This document shows, piece by piece, positions 40,407 through 50,851 of a stretch of 64,000 nt of DNA. A model generated the notes under the pieces. It was not told the DNA's origin. It saw only the letters and a program-made list of their open reading frames with translations, and did not search any database. The position numbers were made by a program, and so were the translations under genes. Origin of the DNA: an uncultured Nitrospiraceae bacterium (GTDB taxonomy: Bacteria; Nitrospirota; Thermodesulfovibrionia; Thermodesulfovibrionales; Dissulfurispiraceae); assembly GCA_963727805.1 (NCBI GenBank), contig CAVSHF010000003.1:2080001-2144000 (forward strand). Direction: 5' to 3'. The stretch's first letter is position 1. Each line of letters opens with the position of its first letter.

Positions 40407-40499
40407 ATGGAAACCCTTTACATTGTAAGTGGTATCATTGCCGTCAGTCTATTGGTATACCTTGTCGTTGCACTCATGAAACCGGAGATATTCTCATGA
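40407..40499 (+). CDS. kdpF: K+-transporting ATPase subunit F
   Basis: METLYIVSGIIAVSLLVYLVVALMKPEIFS (YL..AL..PE.F motif); GAGGAGG RBS; ATGA overlap with kdpA. Confidence 0.9.
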   Translation: METLYIVSGIIAVSLLVYLVVALMKPEIFS

Positions 40500-42280
40500 C
40501 AACGAACGGTATTTTACAAATAGTCTTGTATCTCGTAGTCCTTGTTGCCCTCGTCAAGCCGCTGGGTAGTTATATGGCGAAGGTATACCAGTCCGAGCCA
40601 ATATGGCTCAACCGTATCCTCGGTCCGGTCGAGAGACTCATTTACCGCATGCTTGGAACTAGGCCTGAGGACGAGATGTCCTGGAAAGGATATGCCGGAG
40701 CGGCTATTCTCTTCAAGCTCGCATTTCTCTTTCTTTTGTATGCGATTATGCGCCTCCAAGGGATACTGCCGCTGAACCCTCAGAATTTTAGCGCCATCTC
40801 TCCGGATCTCGCCTTCAACACCGCGGCCAGCTTCATCACGAATACTAACTGGCAGTCATACGGCGGCGAATCGACCATGAGCTATCTGACCCAGATGATA
40901 GGACTCAGTGTGCAGAACTTCGTCTCAGCAGCTCAGGGGATGGCAGTCCTCGTTGCGGTCATCCGTGGCTTTACTCGCCGGACCGCGGGATCGATAGGCA
41001 ATTTCTGGGTCGACCTTACTCGCTCTACGCTCTATATCCTGTTGCCGCTCAGCCTTATTATGGCTGTGCTGCTCGTCTCTCAGGGCGTCGTCCAAAACTT
41101 CAGTCCGTATAAAACTGTGCCGCTTTTGCAGACTATCAATTACGATAATCCCAAGATGGATGCTAACGGCCAACCGGTACTGACCGCGGACGGAAAGCCT
41201 GTTACAGAGCCTGCTAAGGCCACTGAACAGTCCTTGCCTCTTGGGCCGGCAGCCTCGCAGATTGCAATAAAACAGCTCGGCACCAATGGCGGCGGATTTT
41301 ACAATGTAAACTCTGCTCATCCATATGAAAACCCTACGCCGTTTTCGAATTTTCTGGAGGTGCTCGCCATCCTGCTCATTTCGGCTGCTCTTTGTTACAC
41401 CTTCGGCAAAATGGTCCTCGACAAGCGGCAGGGATGGGCTTTGCTTGCGGCGATGCTCGTCATATTCATCCCCCTCCTGATCATTTGCTATTCGGCTGAA
41501 CAGGCAGGTAATCCTCTCCTTACTGCAATAGGAGTAGATCCGTCAGGCGGCAACATGGAGGGCAAGGAACTGCGCTTCGGTGTCGCTAACTCGGCAATTT
41601 GGGCCACGGCGACTACTGCTGCATCGAACGGCTCGGTAAATGCCATGCACGACTCGTTCAGTCCGATTGGTGGGCTGGTGCCGATGGTTTTAATGCAGTT
41701 GGGCGAGATCATTTTCGGCGGTGTAGGTTCAGGCCTTTACGGTATGATCGCATTTGCCATCATGGCGGTCTTCATAGCAGGGCTCATGGTCGGACGGACA
41801 CCCGAGTACTTGGGCAAAAAGATTGAGGCTTTCGAGGTGAAAATGGCTGCGATCGTCATCCTAATACCTTGCTGCTTTGCCCTGCTCGGCACGGCGATTG
41901 CGTCGGTCACTAGTGCGGGCGTGGCGGGCATTTCGAACCCCGGACCTCACGGCTTCTCGCAGATGCTCTACGCCTTTTCATCGATGGCTAACAATAACGG
42001 CAGCGCCTTCGCAGGTCTCAGTGCAAACACGGTGTTTTACAACACACTCGGAGGCATTGTGATGCTCTTCAGCAGGTTCTGGACCATGATTCCGATGCTT
42101 GCCATCGCAGGCTCGCTGGCCGCAAAGAAAAATGTTCCGCCGAGTGCAGGCACGCTGCCGACTCACACTCCTCTGTTTGTTGTCATGCTTGTGGGAGTGA
42201 TAATCATTGTCGCGGCGCTAACTTTCTTCCCTGCCCTGGGGCTGGGGCCGATAGCAGAGCATCTGATGCTTTATAAGTAA
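40496..42280 (+). CDS. kdpA: K+-transporting ATPase subunit A
   Basis: TNTNWQSY, KQLGTNGGG, SNGSVN, GRTPEYLGKK, NNGSAFAG. Confidence 0.98.
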   Translation: MTTNGILQIVLYLVVLVALVKPLGSYMAKVYQSEPIWLNRILGPVERLIYRMLGTRPEDEMSWKGYAGAAILFKLAFLFLLYAIMRLQGILPLNPQNFSAISPDLAFNTAASFITNTNWQSYGGESTMSYLTQMIGLSVQNFVSAAQGMAVLVAVIRGFTRRTAGSIGNFWVDLTRSTLYILLPLSLIMAVLLVSQGVVQNFSPYKTVPLLQTINYDNPKMDANGQPVLTADGKPVTEPAKATEQSLPLGPAASQIAIKQLGTNGGGFYNVNSAHPYENPTPFSNFLEVLAILLISAALCYTFGKMVLDKRQGWALLAAMLVIFIPLLIICYSAEQAGNPLLTAIGVDPSGGNMEGKELRFGVANSAIWATATTAASNGSVNAMHDSFSPIGGLVPMVLMQLGEIIFGGVGSGLYGMIAFAIMAVFIAGLMVGRTPEYLGKKIEAFEVKMAAIVILIPCCFALLGTAIASVTSAGVAGISNPGPHGFSQMLYAFSSMANNNGSAFAGLSANTVFYNTLGGIVMLFSRFWTMIPMLAIAGSLAAKKNVPPSAGTLPTHTPLFVVMLVGVIIIVAALTFFPALGLGPIAEHLMLYK

Positions 42281-42295
42281 CAGGAGGATCAATCC

Positions 42296-44368
42296 ATGAC
42301 TAATAAAAAGAAAAAGACCACACTATTCGATCCACGGATCATCCGGCACGCACTGATCGATTCGCTGATAAAGCTGAATCCGAGGAATCAAATCCGCAAC
42401 CCGGTGATGTTCGTGGTCGAAATCGGAAGTATCCTAACGACGCTTCTCTTTGTCCGTGCTCTCTTCGTGCCCGGCAGCGAGTCGCCGTGGTTCATACTTC
42501 ATATCTCAATCTGGCTCTGGGCTACGGTCCTTTTCGCCAATTTCGCAGAATCCGTAGCTGAAGGCAGGGGTAAGGCCCAGGCGGATGCGCTCCGTGGCTC
42601 GCGAAAAGACGTCCAGGCAAAGAAGCTGGCGCAGCCCGACAAAGATGCAAAGGTTACCGTTGTCACTTCTGCTCAATTGAGGAAGGATGATTACATACTT
42701 GTGGAAGCGGGAGACATCATACCTGGAGATGGTGAAATAGTAGTAGGAGTCGCCTCAGTCAATGAGAGCGCCATAACGGGCGAAAGCGCGCCGGTTATAC
42801 GTGAAAGCGGTGGAGACAGGAGCGCCGTGACCGGCGGGACGATGGTTCTTTCGGATTGGATCGTTGTGAGGATCACCGCAAACCCGGGAGAAACATTTCT
42901 CGACCGCATGATATCTATGGTGGAGGGCGCAAAGCGGCAGAAGACGCCTAATGAGATCGCACTCAACATACTGCTGGCCGGGTTGACTATTATCTTCCTG
43001 TTCGCTACCGCAACTTTGTTACCGTTTTCGATCTTCAGCGTCACTGCGGCAGGCCAAGGGAACCCTGTCACGATAGTCGTGCTGGTGTCGCTTCTTGTCT
43101 GCCTGATACCGACTACAATCGGGGGTCTTCTATCAGCAATCGGCATTGCGGGCATGGACCGCCTTATACAGGCCAACGTCATCGCCATGTCGGGCCGTGC
43201 AGTCGAAGCAGCAGGTGATGTGGACGTGCTCCTCCTGGACAAGACTGGCACTATAACACTCGGCAACCGGCAGGCCACAGCTTTCATCACAGCTTCCGGA
43301 GTCAATGCACAATCACTTGCAGATGCTGCACAGCTTTCATCTTTGCCGGACGAAACTCCGGAAGGACGCAGCATCGTCATACTGGCCAAGGAGAAATACG
43401 GGCTTCGTGAGCGGGACATTCATGCGCTCGGGGCAAAATTCATACCATTTTCAGCCCACACCAGGATGAGCGGTGTAGATATGGACGGCCGCGAAGTAAG
43501 GAAGGGCGCCCCGGATGCTGTCGAAAATTATGTCAAAAGCAAGGGAGGAATCTTTCCTCCTGATATCAAAGTGATCGTCGAAGAAGTGGCACGCACGGGC
43601 GCAACTCCGCTGGTTGTTGCTGAGGGCAATAAGGTGCTCGGCGTTATCCGTCTGGGCGATATCGTAAAGGGAGGCATTAAGGAGCGGTTTGCTGAACTCA
43701 GGACGATGGGGATAACAACAGTCATGATTACCGGCGACAATCCGCTTACAGCTGCAGCGATTGCAGCGGAAGCTGGGGTCGACGACTTTCTGGCTCAGGC
43801 CACACCGGAGACTAAACTTCAACTGATTCGGAAACACCAGACAGGCGGGAAATTGGTAGCAATGACCGGGGACGGTACAAATGACGCCCCTGCGCTGGCA
43901 CAGGCTGATGTCGCAGTCGCAATGAACACAGGCACGCAGGCGGCTAAGGAGGCCGGCAATATGGTCGACCTTGACTCTAATCCGACGAAGCTGATCGAGA
44001 TAGTCGAGATCGGAAAGCAGTTATTAATGACGCGCGGCACACTGACGACATTCAGCATCGCAAATGATGTTGCGAAATACTTCGCGATCCTGCCTGCTGC
44101 CTTCATCGTCATTTATCCACAGCTCGCCGCGCTCAACATTATGGGACTTTCGACACCCCATAGCGCCATATTGTCGGCGGTCATATTCAACGCGCTGATA
44201 ATCATTGCCCTGATCCCTCTGGCTCTGCGCGGTGTCTCGTATCGGCCACTCGGCGCTGCAGTCGTATTGCGCAACAATCTCCTTATTTACGGACTGGGAG
44301 GCCTGATCGTGCCGTTTATAGGCATCAAGCTGATCGATATGATAATAACCTTTTTGAATCTGGCGTGA
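42296..44368 (+). CDS. kdpB: K+-transporting ATPase subunit B
   Basis: [34 protein letters not shown]. Confidence 0.98.
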   Translation: MTNKKKKTTLFDPRIIRHALIDSLIKLNPRNQIRNPVMFVVEIGSILTTLLFVRALFVPGSESPWFILHISIWLWATVLFANFAESVAEGRGKAQADALRGSRKDVQAKKLAQPDKDAKVTVVTSAQLRKDDYILVEAGDIIPGDGEIVVGVASVNESAITGESAPVIRESGGDRSAVTGGTMVLSDWIVVRITANPGETFLDRMISMVEGAKRQKTPNEIALNILLAGLTIIFLFATATLLPFSIFSVTAAGQGNPVTIVVLVSLLVCLIPTTIGGLLSAIGIAGMDRLIQANVIAMSGRAVEAAGDVDVLLLDKTGTITLGNRQATAFITASGVNAQSLADAAQLSSLPDETPEGRSIVILAKEKYGLRERDIHALGAKFIPFSAHTRMSGVDMDGREVRKGAPDAVENYVKSKGGIFPPDIKVIVEEVARTGATPLVVAEGNKVLGVIRLGDIVKGGIKERFAELRTMGITTVMITGDNPLTAAAIAAEAGVDDFLAQATPETKLQLIRKHQTGGKLVAMTGDGTNDAPALAQADVAVAMNTGTQAAKEAGNMVDLDSNPTKLIEIVEIGKQLLMTRGTLTTFSIANDVAKYFAILPAAFIVIYPQLAALNIMGLSTPHSAILSAVIFNALIIIALIPLALRGVSYRPLGAAVVLRNNLLIYGLGGLIVPFIGIKLIDMIITFLNLA

Positions 44369-44372
44369 GGTG

Positions 44373-44957
44373 ATGGCTATGTTGAAAATGATAAGACCAG
44401 TAATAGTCTCGCTCTTTATATTTACGATATTGACGGGGGTCCTATACCCCCTCGCGGTGACCGGCATCGCGCAGCTGATCTTTCCGGATCAGGCGAACGG
44501 GAGCCTCATACTCAAAGACAGCAAGCCTGTCGGCTCCTCTCTCATCGGGCAGCCGTTCGATGATCCGAAATACTTCTGGGGACGGCTATCGGCTACATCA
44601 CCATTTCCGTATAACTCTGCGTCTTCGTCCGGGTCCAACTTAGCTGAAACGAATTCCGACCTTGTGAAAAATGTGCAGGGACGGATAGATGCTTTGAAGG
44701 CCGCAGACCCGGAGACGGGGAAACAGGTTCCCGTCGATTTGGCGACCGCGTCCGGAAGCGGCCTGGATCCTCACATTAGCCCCGCTGCAGCCGAATTTCA
44801 GATAAAGCGGGTAGCGAAAGCCCGTGCATTGGATGAAGCAAAGGTCCGAGCCATCGTTGCGCAATATTCCGAGGGCCGGCAGCTAGGAATACTTGGCGAT
44901 CCGACGGTAAACGTCCTTAAGCTGAATTTGGCACTGGATGAACTTGGCCGCAAATGA
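44373..44957 (+). CDS. kdpC: K+-transporting ATPase subunit C
   Basis: [38 protein letters not shown]. Confidence 0.96.
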   Translation: MAMLKMIRPVIVSLFIFTILTGVLYPLAVTGIAQLIFPDQANGSLILKDSKPVGSSLIGQPFDDPKYFWGRLSATSPFPYNSASSSGSNLAETNSDLVKNVQGRIDALKAADPETGKQVPVDLATASGSGLDPHISPAAAEFQIKRVAKARALDEAKVRAIVAQYSEGRQLGILGDPTVNVLKLNLALDELGRK

Positions 44958-44994
44958 AATATGAAATGACGATTAAAATAAGTGGGGAGGAACT

Positions 44995-45384
44995 GTGAGA
45001 TTAAAATTATTGAGGGTATGCGCGGGAGTGTTCCTTTTGTTCGCAATGAGCATTCCTTCAACTGGTCACGCTGTTTCCTACCAGCCCGCTTTTCGTCTTA
45101 CCCCGGATAGCGGATCAGTGGTTGTGAAGGGCGGCAGCGTATATCTGTTTCATAGCGGAACACGCGACATCACAGACACGGTCCATTGCGGGGATATCTT
45201 TATCGTCTATCGAATAAGCCCTTCGTGCATGATGCATGAAGTCGGCAAAGTCCGACTTGTCAACTTTCACGGAGATACATATATGGAAGCCGAGGTCATC
45301 GAGGGTGAGCTCAAGGCAGGTGATATAGCAAAGAAAGGAAATATATCGTGCCTCATCGTATCTACGGAACCATGCATCCGATAG
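44995..45384 (+). CDS. hypothetical exported protein between kdpC and kdpD
   Basis: GTG start after GGAGGA; signal peptide ending GHA; beta-rich mature domain with 4 Cys. Confidence 0.7.
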   Translation: MRLKLLRVCAGVFLLFAMSIPSTGHAVSYQPAFRLTPDSGSVVVKGGSVYLFHSGTRDITDTVHCGDIFIVYRISPSCMMHEVGKVRLVNFHGDTYMEAEVIEGELKAGDIAKKGNISCLIVSTEPCIR

Positions 45385-45435
45385 AATGGCTACCGAGTAA
45401 TTATATGTTAGAGGATAAGTTAGAAAGGAATAGGA

Positions 45436-48141
45436 ATGGTGGAAGAACGACGACCTGATCCTGAACTATTGCTCAATCAGATGCGCAGGGAGACCGCGCG
45501 CAGCCGCGAAGGACAGCTGAAGATTTTCTTCGGCTCGGCCCCTGGTGTCGGCAAGACCTACGCTATGCTCGAAGCCGCACGCAAGAAGCTCTCCGCAGGT
45601 GTCGACGTCGTAGTCGGACTTGCCGAGACGCATGGGCGCAAAGAAACGGAAGCCTTGCTTGCCGGTTTGCCAATACTACCACGCAGGAGCATCGAATACC
45701 GCGGCGCCGTCCTGAAGGAATTTGATATAGACGCAGCCCTTGCCCGAAACCCCTCAATCATCCTTGTCGATGAGCTTGCCCATTCAAATGCGGAAGGATC
45801 TCGACATAAGAAACGCTGGCAGGATATATACGAACTGCTTGGCGCCGGGATTACGGTCTATACGACAATGAATGTACAGCACCTTGAAAGTCTGAATGAC
45901 GTAGTCACCCAGATAACCGGCATCAACGTGCGGGAAACGGTCCCCGATTTTCTTCTCGACAGGGCTGATGAGATAGAGCTTATCGACCTTCCCCCGGAAG
46001 ATCTTCTGCAGAGGCTGGCCGAGGGAAAGGTATACGTGGCAGAACTCGCTGCACAAGCCCGTAAAAACTTCTTCCGGAAGGGCAACCTCCTTGCTCTGCG
46101 TGAGCTTGCATTGCGCCGTACCGCAGAACAGGTTGATGTGCAGATGCAGGACTACCGGCTGGATAAGGGCGTAAAAGATGTCTGGCCCGCTGCCGAGCGA
46201 ATTCTCGTGTGCGTCGGTCCTAGTCCTTTCGCTGTCCGCCTAATTCGCGCAGCCAAGCGAATGGCTGCCGGGCTTCGTGCCGATTGGATCGCCGTCAATG
46301 TCGAAGCGCCCGGAAAGGTGCGCCCTTCTGAGAGCGACATCAAAGGACTTACCGAAAACATGCGTCTTGCTGAAAGCCTCGGCGCCGAGACGGTCGTGCT
46401 TTCCGGTCACAAGGCGAGCGATGAGATTCTGACTTATGCACGCAGCCGCAATGTCACCAAAATCATCATAGGAAAACCGACCCATCCCCGCTGGAAAGAT
46501 ACGTTGTTCGGATCGATGCTTGACGAAATCGTCCGGGGGAGCGGGGACATTGACGTTTACGTCATTTCAGGAGATGTAGCTGCACCCGCACTCGCACGAC
46601 AGAAACCCACCCGTCTCAGGACACCGGCTAAAGAGTGGGGGATCAGTATTTTGGTCATAGCACTTTGCACTGGCATCGGGTTTCTCATGCGCCAGGATTT
46701 CACCCTTGTCGACATAGCGATGGGCTTCATACTGGGAGTCGTCTTTATTGCAAGCCGCACCGGTAATGCTCCCTCCCTGCTCGCCTCTCTTTTGAGCGTC
46801 GCTGCATTCGACTTCTTCTTTGTCCCTCCATACTATAGTTTCGTGGTACATGACGTAAAATATTTAGTAACGTTTGTCGTGATGTTCGTTGTCGCTTTTG
46901 TAATCAGCAAGCTTACATTGCGCATCCGCGAACAGGCCGATGCTGCAAGGATACGGGAGAGGAGCACGGCGGCCCTCTATCGCTTGAGCCGGGAATTGGT
47001 CTATGAGCGAGGGATAAACCGATTGAGCGACATCGCGACGAAACACGTCGGAGAGATGTTTTCCGGGAAAGCGGCCATTCTTATGCCTGATGACCAGGAC
47101 AGGCTGAGTGTTTCTGCAGCCGGACCTCAGACACTGATTCTTGATGAACGTGAATTGAGCGTTGCACAATGGGCATTCGGTCACCGCCAGAAGGTTGGCA
47201 GGGGGACTGATACCCTTCCCGGTGCGAAGGGTCTATATATACCTTTGGCTGCATCATCAAGGACGGTCGGCGTCATAGGTATCATATCAGATGACGCTAC
47301 GGGACCATTAGACCCGGAGCAGATTCATGTCCTCGAGAATTTCGCCCACCAGATTGCCATGGCGTTCGAAAGGGCCCTGCTTGCCGAAGAGGCACAGCAA
47401 GCGGTTCTGAAGGCAGAAACCGAAAGCCTGCGCAATACGCTGATAAGTTCGCTCTCGCATGATCTCCGCACGCCGTTAGCCGCGATCACTGGCTCATCAA
47501 CGACATTGCTTCAACAGGATGATGTCCTTGACAGGCATAACCGCCGTGAACTCATCTTCACTATTATCGAAGAAGCTGAGCACCTCAATCGGACAGTTCG
47601 CAATGTACTCGATATGACCCGTATCGAATCGGGCGCCATCACTGTAAAGAAAGAATGGCTGCCAATCGAGGAAATCGTCGGGGCCGTGCTGAACCGTCTC
47701 GCGGAAAAGCTAAGAGACCATCCGTTGGCGACCAGTATTCCAAAAGACCTCCCAATGGCTTCCTTTGATCCGCTCCTTATAGAGCAGGTGCTTATGAATC
47801 TGCTCGAAAATGCTGCAAGATATACCCCGGCAGGGACGGCTATCGAACTTTCGGCTGCCGTCAAAGACCATGAACTCCTAGTCGAGCTTGCCGACCATGG
47901 TCCGGGGATTACTCCGGGAGACGAGGAGAGGATATTCGATAAGTTCGTCCGCGGGCCAGCAGCAGTAGGTGGAATCGGTCTCGGACTGACAATATGCCGG
48001 GCGATCATCAATGCCCATGGCGGCCGAATATGGGCTGAAAACGGGAAGGGCGGCGGCGTAGTCTTCCGCTTTACGCTTCCGATATCGAAGCATCCCCCGG
48101 TCGTGGAGACCGATGAGGAGACAGTGCGGTTCATATCATGA
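45436..48141 (+). CDS. kdpD: sensor histidine kinase KdpD
   Basis: PGVGKTYAML, LVDELAH, USP domain, 4 TM helices, GAF, SHDLRTPL, NLLENA, GIGLGL. Confidence 0.97.
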   Translation: MVEERRPDPELLLNQMRRETARSREGQLKIFFGSAPGVGKTYAMLEAARKKLSAGVDVVVGLAETHGRKETEALLAGLPILPRRSIEYRGAVLKEFDIDAALARNPSIILVDELAHSNAEGSRHKKRWQDIYELLGAGITVYTTMNVQHLESLNDVVTQITGINVRETVPDFLLDRADEIELIDLPPEDLLQRLAEGKVYVAELAAQARKNFFRKGNLLALRELALRRTAEQVDVQMQDYRLDKGVKDVWPAAERILVCVGPSPFAVRLIRAAKRMAAGLRADWIAVNVEAPGKVRPSESDIKGLTENMRLAESLGAETVVLSGHKASDEILTYARSRNVTKIIIGKPTHPRWKDTLFGSMLDEIVRGSGDIDVYVISGDVAAPALARQKPTRLRTPAKEWGISILVIALCTGIGFLMRQDFTLVDIAMGFILGVVFIASRTGNAPSLLASLLSVAAFDFFFVPPYYSFVVHDVKYLVTFVVMFVVAFVISKLTLRIREQADAARIRERSTAALYRLSRELVYERGINRLSDIATKHVGEMFSGKAAILMPDDQDRLSVSAAGPQTLILDERELSVAQWAFGHRQKVGRGTDTLPGAKGLYIPLAASSRTVGVIGIISDDATGPLDPEQIHVLENFAHQIAMAFERALLAEEAQQAVLKAETESLRNTLISSLSHDLRTPLAAITGSSTTLLQQDDVLDRHNRRELIFTIIEEAEHLNRTVRNVLDMTRIESGAITVKKEWLPIEEIVGAVLNRLAEKLRDHPLATSIPKDLPMASFDPLLIEQVLMNLLENAARYTPAGTAIELSAAVKDHELLVELADHGPGITPGDEERIFDKFVRGPAAVGGIGLGLTICRAIINAHGGRIWAENGKGGGVVFRFTLPISKHPPVVETDEETVRFIS

Positions 48142-48872
48142 CAAACGACAAAGGGCTTATTCTACTTATCGAAGACGAACCCCAGATGCGGCGGTTCCTG
48201 AAGGTGACGCTTCAGAGCCACGGCTATGTCCTAATAGAAACGTCGACGGGACAGGAGGGTCTTACCCAGGCTACAACACGCAATCCCGATGTGATCCTAC
48301 TCGACCTCGGGCTGCCAGATCTCGACGGACTGGAAGTCTTGGGTAGATTACGCGAATGGTCGCATATCCCTGTGATCATCCTTTCTGCCAGAGAACAGGA
48401 GCAAGACAAGATCATGGCGCTCGATGCAGGCGCAAACGACTACCTAACCAAACCGTTCAGCGCTGGAGAGCTATTGGCCAGGATCAGGGTTGCGTTGCGC
48501 AATCAAGGTTTGCAAGCAGGTCTGTCAGAGCCGGTCTTCGTTCTGGATACGCTGCGCGTCGATCTTGCCAAACGCCGCGTGTTCCTGAAAGAATCAGAAA
48601 TTCATCTCACGCCTATCGAATACAAGCTACTTGCATATCTCGTAAAAAACGCCGGCAAAGTAATCATGCATAAGCAGCTGCTAAAAGAGGTATGGGGCCC
48701 GGCTTACGCCAACCAGGCGCACTACGTACGGATCTATATGGGCATGCTCAGGCATAAACTCGAGGAGGACCCCGCGCGCCCCCGCTTTTTCATCAACGAA
48801 CCGGGAGTTGGATACCGCCTGAGGTTAGAGGTGGAAGAGACAGTGAAAGGAAATGAAACCGCACCTCAATGA
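48138..48872 (+). CDS. kdpE: response regulator KdpE (OmpR family)
   Basis: IEDE, LLDLGLPDLDG, DYLTKPF, HLTPIEY, EPGVGYR. Confidence 0.96.
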   Translation: MTNDKGLILLIEDEPQMRRFLKVTLQSHGYVLIETSTGQEGLTQATTRNPDVILLDLGLPDLDGLEVLGRLREWSHIPVIILSAREQEQDKIMALDAGANDYLTKPFSAGELLARIRVALRNQGLQAGLSEPVFVLDTLRVDLAKRRVFLKESEIHLTPIEYKLLAYLVKNAGKVIMHKQLLKEVWGPAYANQAHYVRIYMGMLRHKLEEDPARPRFFINEPGVGYRLRLEVEETVKGNETAPQ

Positions 48873-49505
48873 ATTCCGCTGCACTTCGTGTTTTTAAGTC
48901 AAATGGTCCATGAAGATAGCAGGATAAAACATGTAATCTATTTTTAAAACATTTTTGGGGAAATCGCCGAAATGGCGATATGGACGTCGTCGATGATAAT
49001 GAGATGGCACCAACGTTCTCCACCGACAAGCTCTGGTCATGACTTCGGGAAGAAAGCTTGTATAATGAGCCGTGTCCCTGCGGTGATGATACTAGAAGCC
49101 TCTATTAGTTCTGATGTAAAATTGTGCTATGGTTGCAGAAAGATAATAATATAAAGCGATCAAGCTATGAATATTGGATTCTGTGCTTTCTTTAAAAAGA
49201 GTATGCCTGCATTCAAAGGTTACGTGCAGAAGTCCGCAGTCCTCAGCATCCGTATCTTTTGGAGGATGACACATATAAACCAAAACTGGCAAACGTTTCA
49301 ACGTGATCACAAGTTCCGATCGTACCTCTCATGTTTTGTAAGCAGGCGATTTCGAGAGGTACATCCTCAAGCTGTTCCATAATTATGACGACGACTTTTC
49401 CCCCAAAGTCCTGCTGATAATGTACCACTCCTTTCTATCGATGCCACAACCATACATTCACCCTAGACACTTGCTCGCCCGGAAGCGGATTCATATCCTG
49501 CGTCA

Positions 49506-50630
49506 CTATTGGTCAAGTATTGCGAGGGTTGAGACACTCGTACCGACAAGAAGTAATGCAATAGAGGGCGGAACAGCCAGCGTGGCGAGGCCAACAAGCA
49601 GCAGCGCCCCCCCGCCGATCACATGCAGTCGCGACCGAACGTTCGGCACTGCCCACAGATACCGGCCTTGGGCAGCCAGAAAGAGAATCGGCCCTCCGCC
49701 CAGCAGCAGGCTCAGCCCAAACGAGGTGTGTCCATACGGGTGCGCAATCACCTCTTTATTCGCGACCGCCACGGCGATGAGTCCCGCGACCATTACCATT
49801 AGAGCGTTTACTGCGTGGCGACTGGCGCGAATGGGGTCACTCGTCTTCTCCAAATGCCGAATGATGAGCCGATGGGAACGGCCGAAGCTCAGCGCCCACA
49901 GGGCGACTGTTCCCACAAGCGCGAACGTGCCCGTTGCCAAGGTCATCACGGTTATGGAGGATTCGGAAATGGCCATGCCCGTCGTGACCACCGTTTCCCC
50001 GAGCGCAATGAGCAGGAACATGCGGCAGCGTTCCAACATATGACCTGCGTCGAACTCTACATTCTCGGATCGCAGCCGCCACCCGGGAAGGGGATGCGCC
50101 AACCACCTGCCGATTTGATCTATCCCGGCGGCCAGCGCCCACCACAGCAGGCGGGCTTCCGCATTTACGGCAGCGCCCACTATCCATAAGGGCGTCGTGG
50201 CGATCACCCAAAGAAGCGTCCGGTAGTAATGGTCTCGGAGCACCACGTTGGTTGAATTTACGAGCGTCCACACGGTGCGCCCCAGCTGGATCAGCAGCAG
50301 AGGAATGACGAAGGCCCAGCCGGAGATGGTGAAGGCCATGGTCACCGAAGCGTTCATGAACAGGCCTAGCAGCATAACCGCCAGAACCAACCAGCGGGTC
50401 CGGGATTGATCGGCTCGGATCATGGTGGCCGACCAGCTTGTAGTAAACCATGCCGCGAATATTGCTAGTAGCATCACCAGCGTCTCGGCTGCACCTCGCC
50501 ATGATAGGTGAGTTAAGAGATGTTGCGAGAGCTCCGATAGTGCGAACGCGAACACGAGGTCGAAGAGCAGCTCCAATGGAGTGACCTCATATTTTTGTTC
50601 AGGGATGTCGTGAATGCGATGGACAGTCAT
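49506..50630 (-). CDS. LtrA-family membrane protein
   Basis: VTPLELLFDLVFAF, HMLERCRMFLLIALGE; multi-TM. Confidence 0.85.
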   Translation of the reverse strand: MTVHRIHDIPEQKYEVTPLELLFDLVFAFALSELSQHLLTHLSWRGAAETLVMLLAIFAAWFTTSWSATMIRADQSRTRWLVLAVMLLGLFMNASVTMAFTISGWAFVIPLLLIQLGRTVWTLVNSTNVVLRDHYYRTLLWVIATTPLWIVGAAVNAEARLLWWALAAGIDQIGRWLAHPLPGWRLRSENVEFDAGHMLERCRMFLLIALGETVVTTGMAISESSITVMTLATGTFALVGTVALWALSFGRSHRLIIRHLEKTSDPIRASRHAVNALMVMVAGLIAVAVANKEVIAHPYGHTSFGLSLLLGGGPILFLAAQGRYLWAVPNVRSRLHVIGGGALLLVGLATLAVPPSIALLLVGTSVSTLAILDQ

Positions 50631-50688
50631 TTATCCTCATCTGCCTCGCGCGGAACTATTCTATAAATCATCGGCTGTCAGGCCACGC

Positions 50689-50851
50689 CTACCTGCCAGA
50701 CCATTCGACCCAGTACGCAAGTTCCGGCCCTTTGTTCCTTCGTAGGCGAGCTCGCCAACAAGTAGCGCGGACGGCTCGTGTAACGGGCGATCCGTAAGGG
50801 GGCAGTGCACACAGTATCGAAACCTGCGTCGCGGATCAGCTCAGTGGCCAG
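50689..50851 (-). pseudogene. C-terminal remnant of an NADPH-dependent F420-reductase-like oxidoreductase
   Basis: Hand translation with frameshifts: ATELIRDAGFDTVCTAPLRIARYT / EPSALLVGELAYEGTK / PELAY. Family recognised from memory. Confidence 0.5.

Noticed and set aside
48873..49505. Short ORFs between kdpE and ltrA
   Set aside because: No convincing coding signal or recognisable family.
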